From contig CAYWMQ010000001.1 in the NCBI GenBank assembly GCA_964459635.1, positions 8,342 to 72,341 of the forward strand: a stretch of DNA of 64,000 nt, in the 5' to 3' direction. The notes below the pieces were generated by a model, which was given only the letters and a program-made list of their open reading frames with translations, was not told the origin of the DNA and made no database searches. Positions 20,301-27,400 of the stretch are shown here, piece after piece; the stretch's first letter is position 1, and each line of letters opens with the position of its first letter. The translations under genes were made by a program, and so were the position numbers. Source of the DNA: an uncultured Candidatus Saccharibacteria bacterium. Lineage in GTDB: Bacteria; Patescibacteriota; Minisyncoccia; Phycocordibacterales; UBA12088.

Positions 20301-23300
20301 CTCCTCGTACCGGCATGCAGCCCGGCGTGGTGGAACGACTGCGTATAGCACTTGCAAACCAAGGCGGTACCACAACGCTTGCGTCCACGTATCGGCTTGA
20401 GTACGCGGAGAAGGTGGCCACGTGTGCTGCGGTAGGCGCGTGGCAGACGGTGGGGAGCCCCGGTGCGGTATGGAGTCTTGCTGTGTCGGAGGAGCTTACC
20501 GACGGGAGTGACACCACGAACATCGCGGTTGCGACCGGCGGTGTGACCGACGAGCAAAGTACGTTCTTATCGTCAAATAATGGCGTGCATAACGGCCGGG
20601 CTACAAGTGGCGCGCTCGTACTCGACAGCGATGAGTTTGTGGAGTACGAGTACGTGCTTGAGCCCAACGTGGAAGCGGCAGCGGGTGCCTCGTACTGCTT
20701 CCGTGTCGCGCTCGCCTCGGGTGCCGCACTCGACGCGTACGATACGTACCCCGAAGCAACCCTCGCTGCGGAGCGCGACTTTTTCGTGCAGCGCGGCGTT
20801 GTTGATATTGCAAACGGCACATCGACCGTTTCGCTTGTGGCGGGCACACACTACACTGCGCCGCGCGCAAGTACGTCTGCCTTTATACGCATCACGAACG
20901 CCATGTATACCGGGGCGGGTGCGACCGCAGGCGGCGGCAACCAAAACGCGAACAGCGTCACGACCAGTATTCTGAACCCGAGCGACATACTGACCGGTGT
21001 CACCTTCCGACGTGCCGGCGCGGTCAACTCCACGCGCATCTACTGGGAGCTTGTGGAGTACGTAGGGCCTCCCGGCGGGGACAACGAATTCATAGTGCGC
21101 GCACAGGAGCGCGTAGCGTACGGAGCGGCGGACACAAGCGTGTCGCGCAGCGGCGTACCCGGCGTGGCCGACGATGGCCAGGTCGCCGTATTCATCACCG
21201 GCCAAGAAAATCCGGCAGGTACCCTCACCGACTACCATGCAGGCATCTCCACGGCAGCGTGGACCGGTGCGTCGGACACTGCCACGTTCACCCGTGGCGC
21301 AGCAAACGGGTACGCAGCGGCTCTTTCCTTCGCAGTGATTGAGTGGACTGGCGCAAACTGGCGTGTGCAACGTGTTGAGCATACGCATGGGGTGGCGGGA
21401 GCGAATGAGACTGAAGTCATAGTGCCTGTTAATGATACATCGCGCGCGTTCTTGCATACGCAAAAAAGGGTAGGGGTGGGGCAAGTTGACGAGTTTGGCC
21501 ACCAGGTGTGGCTCTCGGGAGTGGGCGATGTCACCTTTTCCATACCCGCCACGGCCGCAAGTCCGGGCACGCATGTGTCTGTCGCATGGGTCATAGAGAA
21601 CACACAGACAAATGGGTCCCCGATGGTGGTGACACGGTCGAATGGCACGCAAGCGGCGGGCGGCGCTGAGCCTTCAACGTACCCTCTCTCCATAGGTACG
21701 ACCATTTCCGCTACCAACAACGCATCCATCTTTATGAACGTGTGGGGTTTGGGCGACACAACGAACCATCCTCGCGCTATTATGGGCGCGGGCATTACCG
21801 GTACCGCATTTTATGAACTTTGGATATCGGATACGGGATCCGGCCGGACGTACCGTACGGAAGTGGTGGACTGGCCGACAGCGGAGCTTTCTTTTGAGCA
21901 GTACTATTACCGCTGGTATGAAGACAACGACGCCCTTGACCCCACCGATGCATGGCCGAGTACGAGCGGTGTGTTGGGGGAAAACACCGCCATCACACTT
22001 ATGGATGAGCCACCCACCGCGGGGGATGTGCTGCGTTTGCGTACGACGGTGCGCGTGCATGGTGCGAGCCTCTCACGGGAGCTGCGCCGCTTTAAGCTAC
22101 AGTACGCCGCACGCACCACGACGTGTGGTGCTGTTGCGAGTTGGTACGACATAGGGGACAGTGCATCCACGACGTCTCTTTGGCGCGGGTATAATGCATC
22201 GCCTGCGGACGGCACCGCTCTTTCGACCGACCCCCCGACAGTGGGCGACCTTAACCTCTCCGTGTCCATCTCGGGCCGTGCCGGCACGTACGAAGAGTCA
22301 AATCCGACCGCCATAAACCCGTACAAAGCATCGATAGGTGAAACCATAGAGTACGACTGGGTGCTTGAGCCGAACAATGCGCCCGACAAGACGACCTACT
22401 GCTTCCGCATGGTCGAGGAAGATGGGACGGAATATCTGGAGTATACGCACTACCCCACGCTTACGACCGCAGGCTTTGAAGTAGCCCAGCACGCATGGCG
22501 TTGGTATGATGACGCGGATGTTGTCACTCCGCTCGTACCACTGGCAGCTACCAACACAGCGCCCTCGAATGTTGCGCTTGATAACGTGTTCAAATTGCGC
22601 GTGCTGCTCAGTGAAGTGGCGGGAAAAGCCGGCACGGGCGTGAAGTACAAACTGCAGTACTCCGAGTACCCTGATTTCAGCGTGGTCGCCGATGTCGCAT
22701 CGGCGGACGCCTGTGCGCCCGGTTCGCGTTTCTGCTACACGGACGGGGGCGGCGCAGATACGGCACAGATACAGGCCGCAGTGCTCTTTGGTGCGGACAG
22801 CTGTTCAGGTGGCGAGGGGCAGGGGTGTGGTACTCACAACGAGCTTCCGTATACCCCGGACATCGTGGGAGAAACGGGCACTACCAGTGTCACAGCTGCA
22901 GGCATGGTCGTGACACTCGCACATACCTATGACGACCCGGTGTTTATTGTCGAGTCTGTAACGGGTGACCCGAGCGGTGGGGCTGCAAACCGCCCCGCAG
23001 CGGCGTTCCTTACCGCTACGTCCACCTCAAGCTTCACGGTACGTGTGGGCGAGCCGGACGATGAGCCCGATACGCATGGTGCCGAGACGGTGGCGTACCT
23101 TGTGATGGAGCGCGGTGCGTACCAGCTACCCGCCGGCCCGCGCGTGGACGCGAACAGCACCACGACCTCCGCGTACCGCGGGAGCGTCGTCGGCGGCAGT
23201 GCGGGCACGTGCACGTTCGTGCAAGCATTTGATTCCGCCCCTGTGCTTGTTGCGGCACTGCAGAGCAACAACAACACAGGGTCGCCCGACTTTCTCACCG

Positions 23301-24415
23301 CCAGTGTTGAAAGTGTTGCCGCGGCGTCATTCGGCTGCGCGATCGATGTGGCCGATGGGGTGGCGGTCGCGCCTTCGCTCCCCGAGACCATTGGCTGGGT
23401 CGCCTTCTCAAGTGGCACCTTTAAGAGCAATGGTGTTCGTGTGGATGCAACCTCCACCAATGCAAGTATTACCGGATGGACGGACACGCCGTGGTATGAG
23501 TATGTCTGGCCGTACGGCACATGGACCAGCGCGCCGGGGCTGCTCGCAAGCAGGCAGACGCGCAACGGCTCCGATGGCGGTTGGGTGCGTTACGGGGCTT
23601 TGACAAGCCAAGGTGTGCGGCTCGCCGTGGATGAAGCGGATGGCGGCAACAGGTCGCACATCGCTGAAAGCGTGGGCATGCTCGGCTTTTCCCGGAGCGG
23701 CACGCTTTACAGGGCCACTACGTCCGCGAGTACGTTCGAGGCGTATGCGAACAAGGAGTTTGAGTTTACGCTGCGTCACCACGATGCGCGGCCCGGCCGG
23801 ACCTACTACTTCCGACTCTATGACGTGGCAGCCGACAGTCCTGTTACCGCAAGTACGACCCAGGAGGGGTACCCCTCACTTCTAACCGAGAGCGGCACAC
23901 TTTCATTTTCGGTGTTCGGCGTGGCTTCCGGTGTGTCTACCGAGGGTGTGACGACAGATATCACCACCACTCCTCTTTCCGTACCGTTCGGGTCGCTGCC
24001 GCTTGGTACACCGAAGACTGCAGCCCAACGGCTCGTGGTGAGTACAAATGCCGGGCAGGGGTACCAGGTGCTCGCGTTCGAGGTTGGCGCGTTTGAGGCC
24101 GGCGTTGGTGCGAGTATTGCGGATGTGACGGGCACCAACGAGGTCCCGCTCGCGTGGAGTACCGCGTGCGATGTGGGTACATCAAGCTGCTACGGCTACC
24201 ACACCGGCGACGATACACTGTCCGGCGGCTCGCTTCGCTTCTTGCCTGACGACACATACGCCGCCCTTACCAACAGCCCGAAGGAGGTGGCATGGAGCAG
24301 TATACCCGTCACGGCGGAGAGTACAGACATTATATATAGAGTGCGTGCGGGGGCGGGCCAAGAGGCTGGTCACTACGAAAGCAAGATCTCGTACGTGGTC
24401 GTGCCGGTGTTTTAG
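14342..24415 (+). CDS. giant repeat-containing surface protein (3357 aa)
   Basis: Single uninterrupted ORF. N-terminal TM anchor AATIGSTLVLVGIFIFAWPQLAPFLGLGEAQA. Two tandem ~590-aa blocks, each built from ~95-aa TGxGFxPDLV..K repeats. Five ~300-aa W-rich modules (HYHWRxDDG...RLRIG...YCFRVT). A C-terminal Gly/Trp-rich lectin-like region. It ends in TAG. Confidence 0.85.
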   Translation: MSMREWWSGYDVFGHVKRVYFLVRGVFNRCAQALRARISAVGAATIGSTLVLVGIFIFAWPQLAPFLGLGEAQAATYRFQTGYYMGDGGSKAITGLGFTPDLVIIKADTAAGTGAIMKTSVMPQNSVAYLGVATADDVTGQIQLTSDGFVVTGALTNTAGARHVYMAFGGSDCGAGGQFCVGAFTGDGNASQVVSTGFSPDLVLAKPTTAVLASWRSSSMADNVGQYFAAAAEDNTGTLFTTLDGNGFSVGSGNNTPATTYHFVAFREASGSIDVGTYTGDGLDNRALTGVGFAPNFVFSKQTGASSTIFNVSETYGDYSGFFIDAANAADAIQSLDSDGFSLGTSVTANASGVPYHYVAFGGAIAHTASGTFKATSGTYTGNGTGQTIVDLAFEPDLVVIAASGTQYAVFRTRDMGNDSTAFLANAAANFAGGITTLGTNSFTLGNSATVNAAGVEYVWTAYGNAWDPETHTGAADFTVGMYYGNGLDNRDITRLPFAPDFVAVKRSGATQGVWRSSEHSGDLSSFFHGAAEAANNIQALTSDGFEVGTAANVNTAANLYPFFAFATSSSFAVGTYSGTGVAQTVATPLAPAHVWVKQTGAVAGVLKTASTTGSTSLSFANTAPQQDGIEQLTGSGFLVGASTTVNAVGVNNYRYAAWRDTDVRGTSTYRMQTGYFVGNGGSKDITGLGFTPDLVIVKADTNAGTGATWKSSAMPQQVTAHLGSATADNTAGQITLIEGGFRVAGANTSAANTRYTYVAVGGSDCSASGTFCVGRFTGTGAATLSLTTGFSPELVWVKRSTAVLPSWRSSTMAVNVANFFSATAEDATGAYFTTLDGSGFTVGTTNNASGGSYYFVAFSEAAGAVDVGTYTGNLTVDRSIAGVGFSPDWVFTKQTGASAAVYNQRESYGDHSSYFADTANLTDAIQVLEADGFQVGGNSTAHANGVVYHYAALGGALAHAASGTFTTLSGSYVGTGDAGQVTGLGFAPDLVIIKGDVAQSGVFASKLMAGDSTAYLDQATANFAGGITALGTDGFSIGTNASVNSDGVTYYWTAYGNAWNPETHRGAADFALGAHYGNGIDGRDVTRIPFSPDLVALKRNGVTGGTWRTSAHAGDASSFFAATAEGANRVQALNADGFEVGTNAEANLANNIYWSFAFAESATFAVGTYSGTGVSQTITVGFQPYHLWVKHTGATRGVSRPYALAGDGALPFISAGLVSGAISAFAPTGFAVDAAVETNTSGANNYRFAAWKKNELEQTHYHWRYDDGDEDGASSATGGAEDTALSDVREGLPYRLRIGLANIASVAASSTGFRIEFAEKGATCAAATGWARVGDAGGAWDLYDSPNLTQGANTTNIPLSSGGVSDENDDFMSPNGGIADTGDETPAYVLAASEFAELEYALTPTVYATSAVTYCFRVTAQGTPLSMYLQYAEATFRTHVTATTLGTQVSEVIVPSSSAYLGGAFVLTDATTDSTHSITDIEVTESGTVDAAAHLDNIKLFYEYDTSAPYDCASESYGGSEAQYGLTDSDGFSGQNGTSAFAGSVSASSTQAVCLYPVLDVVAGALSGQTVELSLASASAVTVAGGEVPRFAETPLHLSGDTTLVSPLLTATHYHWRSDDGSEATAGSATGGIEDTPLLNLTKGAGRRLRIGVSNEGLATSSATSFRVEYAERSGTCSATTNGWTDVGAVGGAWDMYDSANLTEGADTTNIALASGGVTDENTTFLTANGGVRDTTSQTGALSLGPAEHTELEYSLVALAGASDGTSYCFRVTDAGTPLPAAAAHPEVLVAADVLVSSLGTHVTAVRAGASDTYIAGPWVVTDQGGGRNVTGVLLSETGSVDGANNLANIRLYYDLDTSAPYTCASESYAAGDSQFGATSTAFSAANGTTSFSGSVGISGTATLCLYAVLDVRSTAENGETITLSIANPSTDVAVSSGTVNPNDRVAPSGTTTIERQTVTQEHYHFRRDDGGEAAASSATGGSEDTPRTGMQPGVVERLRIALANQGGTTTLASTYRLEYAEKVATCAAVGAWQTVGSPGAVWSLAVSEELTDGSDTTNIAVATGGVTDEQSTFLSSNNGVHNGRATSGALVLDSDEFVEYEYVLEPNVEAAAGASYCFRVALASGAALDAYDTYPEATLAAERDFFVQRGVVDIANGTSTVSLVAGTHYTAPRASTSAFIRITNAMYTGAGATAGGGNQNANSVTTSILNPSDILTGVTFRRAGAVNSTRIYWELVEYVGPPGGDNEFIVRAQERVAYGAADTSVSRSGVPGVADDGQVAVFITGQENPAGTLTDYHAGISTAAWTGASDTATFTRGAANGYAAALSFAVIEWTGANWRVQRVEHTHGVAGANETEVIVPVNDTSRAFLHTQKRVGVGQVDEFGHQVWLSGVGDVTFSIPATAASPGTHVSVAWVIENTQTNGSPMVVTRSNGTQAAGGAEPSTYPLSIGTTISATNNASIFMNVWGLGDTTNHPRAIMGAGITGTAFYELWISDTGSGRTYRTEVVDWPTAELSFEQYYYRWYEDNDALDPTDAWPSTSGVLGENTAITLMDEPPTAGDVLRLRTTVRVHGASLSRELRRFKLQYAARTTTCGAVASWYDIGDSASTTSLWRGYNASPADGTALSTDPPTVGDLNLSVSISGRAGTYEESNPTAINPYKASIGETIEYDWVLEPNNAPDKTTYCFRMVEEDGTEYLEYTHYPTLTTAGFEVAQHAWRWYDDADVVTPLVPLAATNTAPSNVALDNVFKLRVLLSEVAGKAGTGVKYKLQYSEYPDFSVVADVASADACAPGSRFCYTDGGGADTAQIQAAVLFGADSCSGGEGQGCGTHNELPYTPDIVGETGTTSVTAAGMVVTLAHTYDDPVFIVESVTGDPSGGAANRPAAAFLTATSTSSFTVRVGEPDDEPDTHGAETVAYLVMERGAYQLPAGPRVDANSTTTSAYRGSVVGGSAGTCTFVQAFDSAPVLVAALQSNNNTGSPDFLTASVESVAAASFGCAIDVADGVAVAPSLPETIGWVAFSSGTFKSNGVRVDATSTNASITGWTDTPWYEYVWPYGTWTSAPGLLASRQTRNGSDGGWVRYGALTSQGVRLAVDEADGGNRSHIAESVGMLGFSRSGTLYRATTSASTFEAYANKEFEFTLRHHDARPGRTYYFRLYDVAADSPVTASTTQEGYPSLLTESGTLSFSVFGVASGVSTEGVTTDITTTPLSVPFGSLPLGTPKTAAQRLVVSTNAGQGYQVLAFEVGAFEAGVGASIADVTGTNEVPLAWSTACDVGTSSCYGYHTGDDTLSGGSLRFLPDDTYAALTNSPKEVAWSSIPVTAESTDIIYRVRAGAGQEAGHYESKISYVVVPVF
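14564..18111 (+). repeat. intragenic tandem duplication (2 x ~1.77 kb) within the giant gene
   Basis: Residues from ATYRFQTGYYMGDGGSKAITGLGFTPDLVIIKAD... to NNYRYAAWRD are repeated as TSTYRMQTGYFVGNGGSKDITGLGFTPDLVIVKAD... to NNYRFAAWKK, with the same order of sub-repeats. Confidence 0.7.
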
Positions 24416-24474
24416 GGTGTGTATGAGTGCGCGTACACACGTGGCACAGTGGTATACTTGAGGTGCATCTTGCT

Positions 24475-27400
24475 ATGGGAGAGCGTGCCTATATAAAGAC
24501 AGAGGATGACCCGCTCGCCGGAAAGACGGTCCTTCAGCCGTACGTGTCTGAAGAAGTTCTGCGCGCCTTGTCCGAAGAGGAACTCTTGAACCAAGCGAAC
24601 GCTGCGCGTGTCGCCCTTGGGATGGCGCCATTGTCCGACACAGCGGACGCTGTACAAGCTGATCCACAGCGGAAAGAAGTGATAATTTTGGCTCTCGAAC
24701 GAAATCTTGCTAAGTTTCACGAAACTCAGCAAGGAGAGAGCGGCGATGCCGAGTTTGCCTATGTATACGACCCGCGCAATGGCAGAGGTGAATGGCTTTC
24801 GCGGGAGCAAGCATTGCGTGCAGGTTTCACTGAGCGTGCTGCTTCTGCGGACGATGCAGACGCGCTACGCGCACGTGCCGGAGAGTTGCTTGAACAGGCA
24901 AATCTCCTGAGATCTTCGCTGGTGGGAAACCAGAGCAAACAAAAGGCGCGTCTCGACGTTGCGATCGTGCGCCTTCAGGGGCTTTTGGAGGAAAGGCCAT
25001 CCGATATTGCTGCGCTTGAAGAAAGAGTGCGTGATCTTGAGGAGGAGGTAAGGCGGCAAGAACAGCCGGGCGAAAACCCAACTTCAGACGTACAAAACAA
25101 GAATCCTGCTATACGCGTGAATGAAAGGGACGTTGCGGCTTCTGAGGAAAAAGCTGCGGTTGAGCGACAGGAAGCAGAGCTTCGGGACCTATCAAAAAGA
25201 TTTGAAAGATTTGAAGTAGGCACGGTGTCCGGTGATCAAAACTATTCCCGCGACTATGACCGTGCAGAACATCTACTATTTGAGCTGGAAAAACGTCTGG
25301 AAGGCTCTTCAGAGCAGGTACGGCAAAGTGAGATTCGCCATTTAGAGCGTTTGATTGTAAAGCTTGAAAGAATGCAAGCATCAGCAAAGGCCGGACCTGG
25401 AGCTCCAGAGCCTGCGCCCACCCCTGCCCAAGAAGCGGATCCACACACTGCAGAACGCGCGCGAGCACGTGTATACGAAGAAGTGGCGATGGAAATACTC
25501 GCGCGACTACCCGAGGGCAACGATTGGGAGAAAGCGAAAAAAAGGTTCTTTACCGACGATTGGGAACGAATTACGCGCGAAGTGGGAAGCGAGAGTACCA
25601 CACCTGATTTGAAAAGGCTTATTGTGGAGTACGATCATTTGCGCGCATATGAATGGAACTTAAAAGAGCCGTCTTCGGGCGCAGCCCACACAGAGGCTGC
25701 GGAGCCTACCCCCGCTCCCACACCAGAAGCGGATCCTCACGCGAGCGAGCGTGCAGAGGCGCAGCAGCTCGAAGAAGAGGCGCAGCAGCTCATCGCTACG
25801 CTACCTACGGGCTACGACGCTGCAGATCTGAGCAAGCAGGGTGCGGAAAAAAGTTGGGAAGCGCTTGTGCGGAAAAGTGGCAGTCAAGCAAAGACTCCCG
25901 ACCTTACGGTGCTGCGTGACGCGCTGGAAGAGCTGCGCAGACTTGTTGCACATACGCCACCCAAGGCTCCGGAAAGCCCACATGCCGGATTCAAGATAGA
26001 AAAGGGCGGGAAGGCCGAGATCACGCGTCTGGAAAACTATGTTGCTCTGCGACTTGCTGAACTTCCGGTTACCACTGACGAAGAGAGGGCGCACCATGAC
26101 GTACTTATTGCTGAGTGGAAACATCTAAAAGAGCAGTATGGCTCACATGCAGCCAAACCGGAGTACGAGCACTTAAAAGACTTCGTACTCGCTCATTTGA
26201 AGCTGGGCGGGGTCACGACAGAAGCTGAGCTTGATGCCGTGCTCGGCGTCGTGTCGGACAAGAGCGCACTTGGCACCGAGACCGAGGCTGAGCGCATTAC
26301 AGCGCTCGCACAGGAGCGGGAAGAGAATCACCTTCGGACGCGCGAGGCATATGGCGCAGAAATTCGCGAGGCGCGAGAGAGGTACCAAGGCTACCGTAAG
26401 GAGCTTCTTGATGCGGAGGAAGCGTATCTTAATGCGGTTACGGCCCACCGGGAAGGCACCAAGTACTTTAAGGGGCTGCGCAACAGGCTCTTGCGCAACA
26501 CTGAGGGTCAGGAGCAGATCGCTAAGCTTGAAAGAGATATGCGAGCTGCGCAGGTGGAGTTTGAGACAAAGCTTAATGAAATGAAAGCTGAGCGCGCCGA
26601 ACGCCTGGGACTCACGCATCGCTTGCTTGAAATGAGCTACCAACGGCGGTTGGGTGGTGAGAACGATCCCGCCGCCCATCCGGAGCGCCGCAAAGCGCAG
26701 CGCGAGGCGAAATTTGCTGCGCTCCACGAAGCTCTGGTGCTGCGCTCTACTTCTACGATGCTGGAGCTTGCGCAGGGAATCGGCGGCAAGGAGGAGCTTG
26801 ATATCGCGGTGGCAAGCCGCGTGGGTGTGAGGAGGGAAGACTTGAGTGAAGGAACGCGGGATGCGTCCGGCGTGCTCACGCCCGAGGCACAGGTACGCGC
26901 CACCGCGCGCAAAGAGCACTGGGCGGAGCTTGAAAAAGCGGTCGGCGAACGCAAGGACCCCTCCCGCCTCGTGCGTACGTACAAGGCGGGGATGCGGTAT
27001 TACCGGAGCATACCAAAAGAAAAGCAGCTTGCCATACGTATGCTGGGTGGTGGTGCTGTAGGTCTCGTGGTGGGCGGTGGCGCAGGGGCGGCCGCGTACA
27101 TGGCGGCGCGCGCAGGCGCAGGCTTCTTCGGAGGTGCACTTATGGCGGGCGCCGTGTCAAAAAAACTTTTTGGAGCTACCGAGCGGCACATAGCTCGCAG
27201 TAAAAAGGGTATATTGGAGAGCGACACCATGACTCTTGCGGATAAACAGCACGAGTACATGGCCATGCGCAGGAGAGAGCGCAACATGAAGCGGGGCGCA
27301 ATGGCCCTCACAGGCGCAGCGGCATTTGCTGCCGGCGCATCCGCAGGACAGGCGGTAAACGAGGTTGCCATGAGCGGCCTTTCGCTTGAGTCCATCGGAC

